A stretch of DNA of 64,000 nt from Akkermansiaceae bacterium. Lineage in GTDB: Bacteria; Verrucomicrobiota; Verrucomicrobiia; Verrucomicrobiales; Akkermansiaceae. A program made the position numbers and the translations under genes. The notes beneath the pieces are model-generated. The model was not told where the DNA came from, made no database searches, and saw only the letters and a program-made list of their open reading frames with translations. Shown in pieces: positions 10,004-19,880 of this stretch (position 1 is its first letter; every line of letters starts with the position of its first letter). The stretch is from the NCBI GenBank assembly GCA_051251915.1, contig JBPOGF010000017.1, forward strand, positions 1 to 64,000, given 5' to 3'.

Positions 10004-10036
10004 ACTTGTTGACATCAAAATTTTTCTGTCTGAGGG

Positions 10037-10064
10037 ACTTTATTGCGGAGTTCGTTATTGGCAA
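10037..10064 (-). promoter_or_regulatory. sigma70-like promoter for tRNA-Pro
   Basis: minus strand TTGCCA-16 nt-TAAAGT, about 35 nt upstream of the tRNA. Confidence 0.55.
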
Positions 10065-10093
10065 GCTAGAAATTTAATGCTTTGTGTATTGGT

Positions 10094-11143
10094 ATGAATA
10101 AGACGATCAAGATAGCGGTGGTGGGAGCGAGTGGATATACTGGGGCGGAGTTGTTGCGTCTATTGTTAATGCATCCTAGTGCGGAGTTGTGCTGTGTGAC
10201 GTCTCGGCAGTATGCTGGGCAGGCGCTGGCGGATATTTTTCCACGGTATAGGGCTGCGGCGGGTTCTGAGCTAACGTTTAGCGAGCCGGATGCGGAGAAG
10301 ATAGCTGCGACTGGTGCGGAGGTTGCTTTCTTGGCGTTGCCACATGGGGTGGCGGCGGAGTATGCTACGGCGTTGTTGGATCTGGGGATCAAGGTGATAG
10401 ATCTGAGTGCTGATTTTCGATTGAGTGATCCTGTGGTTTATGAGGAATTTTATGGGGCGAAGCATCCAGCGCCTGAGTTGCTGAAAGAGGCTGTGTATGG
10501 TTTTCCAGAGGTGAGGTCTGGAGAGATAGCGAATGCTAGGTTGGTGGCTTCACCGGGGTGTTATCCTACGAGTGTGAGTTTGCCGTTGCTTCCTGTATTA
10601 GCTGCTAAACTAATTGATCCTCAGAGTATAGTTACTTGTTCAATGAGTGGGGTGAGTGGAGCTGGGAAGACGGGGAATGTGATGTTTTCTTATTGTGAGG
10701 CTAATGAGAGTGCGCGTGCTTATAGTGTGCCGAAGCATAGGCATTTATCTGAGATCGAGCAGGAATTGTCTATTGCGGCAGGGGAGAAGGTGACGATGTC
10801 ATTTACTCCGCATTTGATTCCGGCTCATAATGGAATTTGTAGTACTACTTCTGCAAAGTTTATCGGAGATGAAGTTGATTTGGAGATGGTGGATACTGTT
10901 TTGAAAGCGGCTTATGGGGATTCTTATTTTGTAAGGTTGTTGGGTAGGGGGAATCCGGCGGATACGAAGAATGTAACGCGGACGAACCATATTGATATTG
11001 GCTGGGATTATGATGCACGGACTGGAAGGTTATTGTTGCTGAGTGCTGAGGATAATCTTGGCAAAGGTGCTGGTGGTCAGGCGATTCAGTGTTTCAATAT
11101 AATGTTTGGGCTGGATGAGACTGCAGGGTTAAAGAATTATTAG
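10094..11143 (+). CDS. argC: N-acetyl-gamma-glutamyl-phosphate reductase
   Basis: IAVVGASGYTGAELLRLL..HP, DLSADFRL, PGCYPT, SGVSGAG, HRHLSEI, DNLGKGAGGQAIQ. Confidence 0.97.
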   Translation: MNKTIKIAVVGASGYTGAELLRLLLMHPSAELCCVTSRQYAGQALADIFPRYRAAAGSELTFSEPDAEKIAATGAEVAFLALPHGVAAEYATALLDLGIKVIDLSADFRLSDPVVYEEFYGAKHPAPELLKEAVYGFPEVRSGEIANARLVASPGCYPTSVSLPLLPVLAAKLIDPQSIVTCSMSGVSGAGKTGNVMFSYCEANESARAYSVPKHRHLSEIEQELSIAAGEKVTMSFTPHLIPAHNGICSTTSAKFIGDEVDLEMVDTVLKAAYGDSYFVRLLGRGNPADTKNVTRTNHIDIGWDYDARTGRLLLLSAEDNLGKGAGGQAIQCFNIMFGLDETAGLKNY

Positions 11144-11149
11144 GGGGAG

Positions 11150-11383
11150 ATGAAGTTCTTTTCTAGGTTTTTTGCTGATATAGCGATCCAGGTTTCCGGG
11201 GGAGAGGTGAGTGTTGTGAAGGGTAAGTTAACTCCGAAGCGGGTGAGGGAACTGAAGTTGCTGTGTGGTGATCTCTCGCTGGAGCGAGGGGAGATTTGGA
11301 TAGATGGGGTGGGGAAGGTGAGTTTCTCTAGTGATATAGATGAGAGGTTTCATCAGAGGTTTAGGAACGTGATCTTTGCTTAG
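11150..11383 (+). CDS. small conserved protein (DUF3634-like)
   Basis: 77 aa with GGGGAG SD; C-terminal FS..I....HQRFRNV. Confidence 0.55.
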   Translation: MKFFSRFFADIAIQVSGGEVSVVKGKLTPKRVRELKLLCGDLSLERGEIWIDGVGKVSFSSDIDERFHQRFRNVIFA

Positions 11384-11432
11384 GATAGGTCATCTCATTT
11401 TCTTTGGTTGCTGTTCGTTCTGGGTAGGGTGC

Positions 11433-11470
11433 AAAAAAAAGACCTCTAGCTTGTTGAGCTGAGGTCTTTT
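11433..11470 (-). terminator. intrinsic (likely bidirectional) terminator downstream of rpmA
   Basis: AAAAAAAAGACCTCTAGCT-TGTTG-AGCTGAGGTCTTTT. Confidence 0.8.
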
Positions 11471-11509
11471 GGAAATTTGTAAGGTAGTTTCTCGGTGAGG
11501 AGCTTATGC

Positions 11510-11761
11510 TTAAGCTTCTGCGAGTGCTACGTTTACGCGGCCACCGTTTCTGTCGAAATATACGTTACCTTCTTTGAGTGCGAAGATTGTGTGATCTTTG
11601 CCGATGCCTACGTTTTTACCTGGGTGCCATTTGGTTCCGCGTTGGCGGATGATGATGTTGCCAGGGATGACGACTTCGCCACCAAATTTTTTAACGCCGA
11701 GGCGCTTGCTACGTGAATCTCTGCCGTTTTTAACAGAACCTTGTCCTTTCTTATGAGCCAT
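11510..11761 (-). CDS. rpmA: 50S ribosomal protein L27
   Basis: [24 protein letters not shown]. Confidence 0.99.
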   Translation of the reverse strand: MAHKKGQGSVKNGRDSRSKRLGVKKFGGEVVIPGNIIIRQRGTKWHPGKNVGIGKDHTIFALKEGNVYFDRNGGRVNVALAEA

Positions 11762-11782
11762 GTCTTAAGTAATAGTTAGTGG

Positions 11783-12094
11783 TTATGAAATGCTAGTAAT
11801 TTCTAGCTTAGTGAGGTGTCTACGAGAACCTTTAGTTTTGTGGTATCCCTGACGACGCTTGAATTTGAATGCGATGACTTTTTTGCCGCGGAATTGCTCC
11901 ACAACTGTTGCCTTCACTGCTGCTCCTTCGACTACTGGTGCGCCTACTGTTGTAGAACTGCCGTCGTTTACGAGGAGCACCTCGCTGAATGATGTCTCTG
12001 TGCCTGCTTCGAGGTCGAGTTTCTCGACGTCGATTTGATCACCTACTTGAACGCGGTACTGTTTGCCGCCTGTTTTGAAAACTGAATATGCCAT
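11783..12094 (-). CDS. rplU: 50S ribosomal protein L21
   Basis: MAYSVFKTGGKQYRV...KVIAFKFKRRQGYHK. Confidence 0.99.
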   Translation of the reverse strand: MAYSVFKTGGKQYRVQVGDQIDVEKLDLEAGTETSFSEVLLVNDGSSTTVGAPVVEGAAVKATVVEQFRGKKVIAFKFKRRQGYHKTKGSRRHLTKLEITSIS

Positions 12095-12245
12095 GGTCGT
12101 GACAAGGTTATTGGTTAAATGGAATGTGGAGTAGATAAGTTATTCATCTCTCGCGGGGCGGAAATGGAACATAAACTAGCGAGTTCGACAAGTTTTTTTT
12201 ATAATTTATTACAAATAATTTGGAACTAATGCTAAAGAAGTGCTG

Positions 12246-12728
12246 ATGAATGAATTATTTCCAGTAGAGATCATTGGTGCAGAGGCGATGCGGGCGTTCG
12301 GAAAGAAAATGGGCAAATGGTTGAAATCTGGCGATGTTGTGGCATTAATAGGGGATCTTGGGGCGGGGAAAACGCATCTTACTCAGGGGATAGCTCTGAG
12401 TAAGGGGTATAAAGGTGAGGTGACGAGTCCTACTTTTGCGCTGGTGAATGAATATCTGGGAGGTGAGGATGGTGAGGTGGATGTGTTTCACTTTGATGTG
12501 TATAGGCTGGAGGATGCGGAGGAGATGTTAGAAATTGGATGGGAAGATTATTTAGACCGTGATGGTGTTGTGGTAATAGAGTGGGCTGATAAATTTCCGG
12601 AGTTGATTCCTGTGGGTGCGTGGTGTGTGGGGATAGAGCATGTGGTGAGTAGAGAGAAGCAAGTGGATGGCTCTGAAGCTATGCTGGAGGGGCGTAGGTT
12701 GGTGTGTGAGGTGTTAGAGGACTGTTAG
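12246..12728 (+). CDS. tsaE: tRNA threonylcarbamoyladenosine biosynthesis ATPase TsaE
   Basis: GDLGAGKT, VTSPTFALVNEY, HFDVYRL, IEWA. Confidence 0.95.
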   Translation: MNELFPVEIIGAEAMRAFGKKMGKWLKSGDVVALIGDLGAGKTHLTQGIALSKGYKGEVTSPTFALVNEYLGGEDGEVDVFHFDVYRLEDAEEMLEIGWEDYLDRDGVVVIEWADKFPELIPVGAWCVGIEHVVSREKQVDGSEAMLEGRRLVCEVLEDC

Positions 12729-12849
12729 TTTTACTTTTTGTTTTTTTGGTGAAATTGTCAGATGACGGAGAGGTGTAATATTTTTTTTCAAATGATGAAA
12801 AAAGGTTGGTGCAGTAGGAGTATTCATAGTAGAAAAGCGACGTAAAAAA

Positions 12850-13578
12850 ATGACTCCAATTGAGTACATAGGCCCAGTGCCACAGAAAAAGCGAAAGAAG
12901 CCTGTTATGGGCGGATGGGTTATCATGCTATTAGCGGCAGGTTTTGTTTCTTATTTTGCATGGCCGGCATTTGCCGATTTGGTAAAGAGTTCTAATGATT
13001 TGCCAACTGATACGAAGGTGGAAGTGGCTATTGCGGAGCTTGCTGGGACTGGTCAATATGGTGACCGGTTAGCGGCTGCGGCTTTGGATAGAACTCGCTT
13101 GGGTGTGATCTATGATGGGTCAGTTTATAACAACATCGGGTATCCGAATGGTGATATTTCATCTGACCGTGGCACGAGCACGGATATGGTGGTGAGGGCA
13201 TATCGACAACTTGGTGTGGATCTTCAGGTGTTGATTCATGAGGATATGAAGGAAAATTTCCATAAGTATCCACAGCTCTGGAATCAGAGACAAACGGATA
13301 CGAATATTGATCATCGCAGGGTTCAGAATCAACAGCGCTTTTTTGAGCGTCATGGGGTGAAGCTTGAGAATACACGTTCTACTGATGACTATAGTTACGG
13401 AGATATTGTGGTGTGGAGTTTGCCAGATGGGCGACCGCACATTGGGATAGTGGTTCCTGGACCTGGCTCACATTCTGGTGAGATATGGGTGGCTCATAAT
13501 AATGGTAATGGTACTGAGTGGAGTAACGACTTGCTTACGTTTACAATTACTGGGCATTATCGTTATCAGGGAGAGTAG
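12850..13578 (+). CDS. DUF1287 (YijF-like) protein with N-terminal membrane anchor
   Basis: YPNGD...TDMVVRAYR.LGVDLQ.LIHEDM, DTNIDHRRV.N, GDIVVW, HIGIV. Confidence 0.85.
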   Translation: MTPIEYIGPVPQKKRKKPVMGGWVIMLLAAGFVSYFAWPAFADLVKSSNDLPTDTKVEVAIAELAGTGQYGDRLAAAALDRTRLGVIYDGSVYNNIGYPNGDISSDRGTSTDMVVRAYRQLGVDLQVLIHEDMKENFHKYPQLWNQRQTDTNIDHRRVQNQQRFFERHGVKLENTRSTDDYSYGDIVVWSLPDGRPHIGIVVPGPGSHSGEIWVAHNNGNGTEWSNDLLTFTITGHYRYQGE

Positions 13579-13712
13579 TCGCGTAAAACGGCTATGCTGC
13601 ACGTGATTTTGTTGTTATGGGGGGATTATCGACTGGGAGGTTAATGCAGTCGTGTGTGGATATTTAGTGTTGTCGGATGGGTGGATGTTGTTAGGGTTTG
13701 GGCAGAAATTTT

Positions 13713-14387
13713 ATGACGATTATCATTACAGCAGGGCCTACAAGGGAGGCGATAGATCCGGTGCGGTATCTTACAAATCGTTCGTCTGGGAAGATGGGGT
13801 ATGCGCTAGCTGATGTGGCGGCGGGTAAGGGGCAGCGGGTTATTTTGATTTCTGGGCCTACGGATGCTGGGTTGGAGGTGCCGGATGGGGTGGATTTTAT
13901 TCCAGTGGAGAGTGCTGCGGATATGTATGAGGCGGTGGAGCGGTGGATAGGTAAGGCTGATGTGGCTATCTTTGCGGCGGCGGTAGCGGATTACAGGCCA
14001 GTGGAGGTGGCTGAGCAGAAGATCAAGAAGGAGGGTGAGGAGTTGACGTTGAGGTTGGTGAGGAATGCGGATGTGTTGGGCTCAGCTAGGGGTAAGTTTT
14101 TGTTTGATGGGACGTTAGTGGGGTTTGCGGCGGAGACTGAGAATGTGGTGGAGAATGCTAGGGGTAAGCTTTTGAAGAAGGGGTGTGATATGGTGGTGGC
14201 GAATGATGTTTCGCGGAAGGATATTGGGTTTGATTCTGATGAGAATGAGGTAATACTGGTGTTCCGCGATGATGAGGAGACGGTGGCGAAGGCGGATAAG
14301 CATAGGATAGCACATAGTGTGGTGGAGGTGGCTATGGGGATGGAGGAAGACCGGCAGAGGAGTGCTGGGGTGGATGTTGAGGAATAG
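13713..14387 (+). CDS. coaB: Phosphopantothenate--cysteine ligase (stand-alone CoaB domain)
   Basis: ITAGPTREAIDPVRYLTNRSSGKMG, AAVADY, VGFAAET, VVANDV. Confidence 0.92.
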   Translation: MTIIITAGPTREAIDPVRYLTNRSSGKMGYALADVAAGKGQRVILISGPTDAGLEVPDGVDFIPVESAADMYEAVERWIGKADVAIFAAAVADYRPVEVAEQKIKKEGEELTLRLVRNADVLGSARGKFLFDGTLVGFAAETENVVENARGKLLKKGCDMVVANDVSRKDIGFDSDENEVILVFRDDEETVAKADKHRIAHSVVEVAMGMEEDRQRSAGVDVEE

Positions 14388-14396
14388 AGAAAATTT

Positions 14397-15146
14397 ATGA
14401 CAGCAATAGATACAGCAGTTAAGGCAGCAAAGGCAGCGGGTGTGCTTTTGAGAGAGAATTTTGGTTGTGCATTAGTGGTGGATGAGGCGAAGCAGCATGA
14501 TATTAAGTTGGCTCTGGATAGGGAGTCTCAGGACTTGATCACGGAGATTTTGCTAGGTGAGTTTCCTGACTACGCGCTATATGGTGAGGAGGGAGTTGCA
14601 GGTAATCAGGGTTCGGATTATCAGTGGATTGTTGATCCTATTGATGGGACAGTTAACTTTTTTTATGGGATACCGCATTATTGTATATCGATAGCGCTTA
14701 GGCATAAGGATGATATTGTTTTAGGGGTGATTTATGATCCTTCGATGGATGATTTATGGACGGTGGTGAAGGGGGAAAAACCTTACCTTAATAGGAAGGA
14801 AATTTCTTGTAGTTCCAGGACGAAATTAGAGGAGAGTATTCTCTATGTGGGGTGTGGGAAGACGGATGATGCGCTTGCTACAGGTCTGGAGAGATTTCGT
14901 AGGGCATCTGTTAGAGCGCGAAAGATGCGGATGATGGGGTCTGCTGCATTGGGTATGGCTTATATTGCTACGGGTAGGCTGGATGCTTATATTGAGTCGC
15001 GAATTTCTTTGTGGGACATCGCTGCGGGTAAGCTTCTTATTGAGGCTACTGGTGGGAAGGTGGAGCTTACTGCGAAGGAGGGTGAGCCGGATGTTTATAG
15101 CATTGTAGCATCGAACGGGAAGATTCCGTTGGATGAGATTTTGTAG
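14397..15146 (+). CDS. Inositol monophosphatase family protein (SuhB-like)
   Basis: GEEG, WIVDPIDGTVNF, GSAAL, WDIAAG. Confidence 0.92.
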   Translation: MTAIDTAVKAAKAAGVLLRENFGCALVVDEAKQHDIKLALDRESQDLITEILLGEFPDYALYGEEGVAGNQGSDYQWIVDPIDGTVNFFYGIPHYCISIALRHKDDIVLGVIYDPSMDDLWTVVKGEKPYLNRKEISCSSRTKLEESILYVGCGKTDDALATGLERFRRASVRARKMRMMGSAALGMAYIATGRLDAYIESRISLWDIAAGKLLIEATGGKVELTAKEGEPDVYSIVASNGKIPLDEIL

Positions 15147-15156
15147 GGTAGAAATT

Positions 15157-15819
15157 ATGGAGCTAGATTTAATAGAGCTGAATCGGTGTCGTGATGCAGA
15201 GAGCGTTACCGATACAACTGGTCCGCTAGATGCCGCAAATATTGCCTATAAAGTGGGCTCTACTGCCGTAAATTTTGATATTTCTAAAATTGGAACAGGC
15301 GATGATCCAGAAGTGATAATCAGTGTTCGTCGGGAAGATTTCGTTGCTGCACGCTCTGTTCTAGAAGAGGAATACTCCGAGTATGATCTGCCAGATGATC
15401 ACTATTTGCTAAATTCATCTGATGAAGATTTAGCTGAAATTCTAGCTAACCCATCTGATTGGAATGCATTTGATGTGGTGCATGCACGCAGGCTTGCTGA
15501 GGAGCAAGGTGTGAACATTACTGATATTAAACAACAGAAAGAGAAAAGATTACAGAAGTTGAAACAAGGTAAACCCGTTTCTAAAGCGCTTCTTTTCTGC
15601 GGTTGGATTTTCGCTATTTTCGGAGGTTTGGTTTTCTATTTTGGAAATTTAGTTGGTATAGGTATAGCCTGCTCAATCTGCTATATGAAAGAGCAAACAC
15701 TTGATGGAGAATTCTATACCTATGACGCCGGGTCTAGAGATTTAGGATTCCCCATGTTGGTAGTGTCAATTGTGATGCTTTTCATTACTTTTATTGGTTT
15801 ATTCGTCATGAGATACTGA
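15157..15819 (+). CDS. hypothetical membrane protein
   Basis: DDHYL...SDEDL.EIL.NPSDW..FD motif and C-terminal hydrophobic helices. Confidence 0.65.
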   Translation: MELDLIELNRCRDAESVTDTTGPLDAANIAYKVGSTAVNFDISKIGTGDDPEVIISVRREDFVAARSVLEEEYSEYDLPDDHYLLNSSDEDLAEILANPSDWNAFDVVHARRLAEEQGVNITDIKQQKEKRLQKLKQGKPVSKALLFCGWIFAIFGGLVFYFGNLVGIGIACSICYMKEQTLDGEFYTYDAGSRDLGFPMLVVSIVMLFITFIGLFVMRY

Positions 15820-15842
15820 TGCTGTATGTCTGTCAGTGTAGA

Positions 15843-16331
15843 CTACTCTCTAGACTCTAAGGCCATGACTCCGTGCCAGTTGCGGCGCATGATGATGTGC
15901 TCGCGGATTTGTTGTTTGGTGTCTAGCCCTCCGTATTCGATGATGATTTCGGCTTTTGATCTGCTGATTTGTAGCTTGATAAAGCGGAGTATGGGTTCCC
16001 TTTTTTCACGAAGAAAACAATACAATGGGGTGTCAAACTGGTCTGCATTCCAGAGGTAGTTGGCTGGTGGGAAATCGTCGATTTCTGCGAGCGACATGAA
16101 GACCTCGCGCAGCTCTGCTTGCGTGTTATTTTTTAGTAATTTACGTGCGGCGGACTTGCATCGCCATCTTTCTAGAAGGGCGAGTTTGGGGTCTGATCTA
16201 TCTTCCTCGATTTCTTTTAGAGCTAATAGAAACTGGTGTCTCATGCCTTCCCGCCATTGCTCTTTAGTGATTTGACCTGATTCATACAAGGCTAAGAGTC
16301 GATTGGGTGAAGGTAGGTAGCGGGCGTTCAT
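15843..16331 (-). CDS. hypothetical protein
   Basis: 162-aa ORF downstream of coaC on the same strand. Confidence 0.65.
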   Translation of the reverse strand: MNARYLPSPNRLLALYESGQITKEQWREGMRHQFLLALKEIEEDRSDPKLALLERWRCKSAARKLLKNNTQAELREVFMSLAEIDDFPPANYLWNADQFDTPLYCFLREKREPILRFIKLQISRSKAEIIIEYGGLDTKQQIREHIIMRRNWHGVMALESRE

Positions 16332-16387
16332 GGGCCTAGATTTTTTTGCATTGAGAGGCTACAGATTGGGCCAATTATGTTGAGGTA

Positions 16388-16921
16388 TTAGATGAGGGAA
16401 TTGATTTTATCAAGGATGGTGGAGACGTCTTGGAGTCTGCCTTTTCCTTTGTATCCGCAGGCTAGCATGCCGTCTTCTTCTGGACCGACGAAATGGCAGT
16501 CGTCATTTGTTAGGGTGTCGACGTTGCGCTGGGTGGCTGGGTGATCCCACATTTTGCCGTTCATAGCGGGGGCGATGAGGATCTTGGCCTTGGTGGCTAG
16601 GTAGATGGAGCAGAGTGGGTCTGGTGCTAGGCCGTTGGCGAGGTTGCCTATGGTGTTTGCGCTGGCGGGGACGATGACTAGGAGGTCTGCGCGGTCTGCT
16701 AGGTCAATGTGGCCGGGTTTCCAGGATTGTTTTTCATCTTCTAGCGAGACGAGGACGGGGTTTCTGGAGAGGACTTGGAGGGTGAGGGGGGTGATGAATT
16801 CAGTGGCTGATTGCGTCATGACGACGTGGACCTCGTGGCCATCTTTGATGAGCTGAGAGGTGATGTCTGCTGCTTTGTAGGCTGCAATGGAGCCGGTGAT
16901 TCCGATGATGATACAGGCCAT
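16388..16921 (-). CDS. coaC: Phosphopantothenoylcysteine decarboxylase (stand-alone CoaC flavoprotein)
   Basis: IIGITGSIAAYKA, HIDLA, PASAN, APAMNGKMW, GMLACG..GKGRL. Confidence 0.92.
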   Translation of the reverse strand: MACIIIGITGSIAAYKAADITSQLIKDGHEVHVVMTQSATEFITPLTLQVLSRNPVLVSLEDEKQSWKPGHIDLADRADLLVIVPASANTIGNLANGLAPDPLCSIYLATKAKILIAPAMNGKMWDHPATQRNVDTLTNDDCHFVGPEEDGMLACGYKGKGRLQDVSTILDKINSLI

Positions 16922-16928
16922 TGTTAAA

Positions 16929-18482
16929 TCAATGTTTTGACTTGGCAGCAACTACTGGGCGACCTAACATTTTAGAGTAGAGGTCAATGTATGCCGCGGC
17001 GGTGGTTTTGTGGTTGAAGCGTAGTTTGGACTCTTTCATTACGCGTTGGAGGACTTTTGCTTTGTCATCTGGTGACCATTTGTAGAATCTAATGGCTTCA
17101 TCGATTGCCCAACGGAAGCCTAGGGTTCCGTAGTCATCGAATCTGAATCCGTTTCCTAAATTACCATCGTAGTGGAGGTGGTCTACGGTGTCATGGATGC
17201 CACCAGTATTGTGAACTACAGGGAGTGTGCCATACATGGGGGCTGCCATTTGAGGGAGTCCGCATGGCTCAAATCTGGAAGGCATGAGGATGAAGTCTGA
17301 GCCTGCGTAGGCGAGGCGTGATAGTGCTTCATCGAATGGCTTGACGGCGACTCTGTCTTGAAGTCCATGTAGTTTGACGATGTCGTGGAAATGCTTCTCA
17401 TATTCGCCACTAGCAACGATGCCAACTTGGAGGCCGATGTCTGCATAGTCAGTGGTGATTTGGTGGAGGATGTCAGCTAGTAGTTGACAGCCTTTTTGCA
17501 TGGGATCTAGTCTGGATGGCCAGAAGAAGAGTGGTGCGTCTGGATCTACTTTGAGACCAACAGTTTCTTGGAATTGCTTCTTATTTGCAGCTTTACCGGT
17601 GACGTGGCTGTGTTCATCAAAGTGGTGTTTGAGGTCGGTGTCAGTCTTTGGGTCAAATGTTGCGTCTGGGGCATTTAGAATACCGGTGGCGTGGCCTGAG
17701 TAGAGTTTATTTGCAAGTTCGGACTGGATGGCTTTGGGAACAAAAGTGTGTTTGCCTTCGACGACTTCGTAGAGGAAAGTTTTGCTGACTGAGTTGACGT
17801 GATCTGCAGCGAAGATTCCAGTGGCGAGGAAGTCGATGTGCTTGTTGTGACGAGCGTCTTCGTAGTTATCTGGTGAGCCGGTGAAGTACATGTTTTCCCA
17901 ATATTCTGAGGCGTCAATTCCACGATCTTCGACTTCGCCCATGGTGAGTCTTTCGGAGTGAATATTGTGAACGGTAATGAGGCTTGGGATGCCGAGTCGC
18001 TTGGAGACTGCTGGCACTAATCCTGTCATCCAGTCATTGCAGTGAATGAGGTTTGGCTGAACTTTAGGGATGATGTTGTTGATGACTTCTCTTTGGAATG
18101 CTAGTGCAGCGAGGTGGTTGTGAGCAGCGTTATAGACTTGATCTTTTCTGTAGAAGATGGGGTCTTCTGCGAGGTGGATGCGTTGCTCTCCGAGCTTGTC
18201 AGCAATTTTATCTCTTTCTCTCTGGATGATGTTTCTGCCTTCGGAGCTGAACATTCTTGAGTAGTTAGGGAGAGCTACGTGGACATCTGCGCCCAATTCA
18301 AATAGTGCATTGATAAGTGATGATGAAACATCTGCCATTCCACCCGCTTTAGCAGACATTCGTTGAGCCATGTTTCCCATTCCCGATGGGAGGTAAGTTA
18401 TTTCTGGGGTAACGATGAGAATTCTAGGTCTATTTTCATCGGTAGTAATTTTGGCTGGCGAACTTTTAGGGATATTTATCAT
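16929..18482 (-). CDS. glgA: Glycogen/starch synthase (GT5)
   Basis: KAGGMADV, IHCNDWMTGL, GILN, MPSRFEPCGL, TGGIHDTV. Confidence 0.92.
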   Translation of the reverse strand: MINIPKSSPAKITTDENRPRILIVTPEITYLPSGMGNMAQRMSAKAGGMADVSSSLINALFELGADVHVALPNYSRMFSSEGRNIIQRERDKIADKLGEQRIHLAEDPIFYRKDQVYNAAHNHLAALAFQREVINNIIPKVQPNLIHCNDWMTGLVPAVSKRLGIPSLITVHNIHSERLTMGEVEDRGIDASEYWENMYFTGSPDNYEDARHNKHIDFLATGIFAADHVNSVSKTFLYEVVEGKHTFVPKAIQSELANKLYSGHATGILNAPDATFDPKTDTDLKHHFDEHSHVTGKAANKKQFQETVGLKVDPDAPLFFWPSRLDPMQKGCQLLADILHQITTDYADIGLQVGIVASGEYEKHFHDIVKLHGLQDRVAVKPFDEALSRLAYAGSDFILMPSRFEPCGLPQMAAPMYGTLPVVHNTGGIHDTVDHLHYDGNLGNGFRFDDYGTLGFRWAIDEAIRFYKWSPDDKAKVLQRVMKESKLRFNHKTTAAAYIDLYSKMLGRPVVAAKSKH

Positions 18483-18577
18483 GGTCTTTATAAAGAATTA
18501 TCAGAATCCTCTGACCATGGCAATCAAGTATGAGTTACTTTTTTGAAAAAGTGTGTCTTACCCATTTAATTACAGTC

Positions 18578-19858
18578 CTATTCTCTAACACGTTCGACGT
18601 TTGCGCCTAGTTGGAGAAGCTTTTCGTCGATGTGCTCGTAGCCACGATCGATGTGATAGAGGCGTGAAATCTCTGTGCTTCCCTTAGCTGTTAGAGCGGA
18701 GAGTACGAGTGCGGCTGAGGCTCTTAAATCTGATGCCATGACGGGTGCTGCTGAGAGTTGTTTAACTCCTGCGATGATGGCGGTTCCGTTATCTACTTTT
18801 ATGTTAGCTCCCATGCGGGACATTTCAGCACAGTGCATGAATCGTTGTGGGAAGATGGTGTCTTCTATGACAGATATTCCTGGTGTTACTGCGAAGAGTG
18901 AGGCGAACTGTGCCTGCATATCTGTCGGGAAATTAGGATGTGGTGCGGTCACGATATTGCACCCTCTTGGCTGTTCGCCAGGGGTGACTGTGACAGAAGT
19001 TCCTTCCGCATTAAATTCTACTGAATGCCCGGCTTCGATGAGCTTTTCTGAAGTAGGGATGAGGTGCTCCTCCAGGACTCGGTTTAAGGTGATGCCGTTT
19101 TCTTTACAGCCAGCCATCGCACCTGCCACCATGAATGTGCCTGCCTCGATGCGATCTGGGATGATGGTGTGCTCTACACCGTGGAGTTTTTCTACGCCTT
19201 GAATGGTGATACGTCTAGTGCCTGCTCCTTCGATCTTAGCGCCCATTCCGATGAGGAAATTTGCAAGGTCTACTACTTCTGGTTCACAGGCTGCGGATTC
19301 GATGATCGTGGTGCCATTCGCTAAAACAGCAGCCATCATGATGTTGTCAGTGCCTAAAACTGTGGGGCCGTGCTTACCTCGGAGATCTACTTCGTCTCCT
19401 ACTAGTCCACCTTCTGGGGCTACCATATCCATGTTGCCGCCTTCCATATCGATGAGTGCACCTAGTGCGCGGAGACCTTTAAGGTGGAGATCCACTGGGC
19501 GATCACCGATGACACATCCGCCGGGGAGTGAGACTTTAGCCTTACCGAGGCGGCCTAAAAGTGGTCCCATTACGCAGATAGAAGCGCGCATTTTACGCAC
19601 GAGTTCGTAGGGTGCATCGAAGCCGATGTTTGCACAGTTGATCCGGACAGTTCCACTAGAGCGTTCTACTTCTGCGCCGAGTGCGGAGAGGATCTGGATC
19701 ATGTAGTTCGTGTCAGATACGTCTGGCACACGGCGGATGATGACGTCTTCTGCAGTGAGTAGCGCAGCGGCGAGAATAGGGAGTGAGGCGTTTTTGGCGC
19801 CTGAGATATTGACTGAGCCTTTGAGAGTAGTGCCGCCGTGTACGATGAGTTTGTCCAT
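18578..19858 (-). CDS. murA: UDP-N-acetylglucosamine 1-carboxyvinyltransferase
   Basis: [46 protein letters not shown]. Confidence 0.98.
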   Translation of the reverse strand: MDKLIVHGGTTLKGSVNISGAKNASLPILAAALLTAEDVIIRRVPDVSDTNYMIQILSALGAEVERSSGTVRINCANIGFDAPYELVRKMRASICVMGPLLGRLGKAKVSLPGGCVIGDRPVDLHLKGLRALGALIDMEGGNMDMVAPEGGLVGDEVDLRGKHGPTVLGTDNIMMAAVLANGTTIIESAACEPEVVDLANFLIGMGAKIEGAGTRRITIQGVEKLHGVEHTIIPDRIEAGTFMVAGAMAGCKENGITLNRVLEEHLIPTSEKLIEAGHSVEFNAEGTSVTVTPGEQPRGCNIVTAPHPNFPTDMQAQFASLFAVTPGISVIEDTIFPQRFMHCAEMSRMGANIKVDNGTAIIAGVKQLSAAPVMASDLRASAALVLSALTAKGSTEISRLYHIDRGYEHIDEKLLQLGANVERVRE

Positions 19859-19880
19859 GTTGTTTTTTTATTGGTGAAAT

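Noticed and set aside
9640..10012. ORFs 9640-9987 (-) and 9806-10012 (+)
   Set aside because: They read through the tRNA-Pro gene (GFEPAAS and AGSNPV are typical tRNA translation artefacts).
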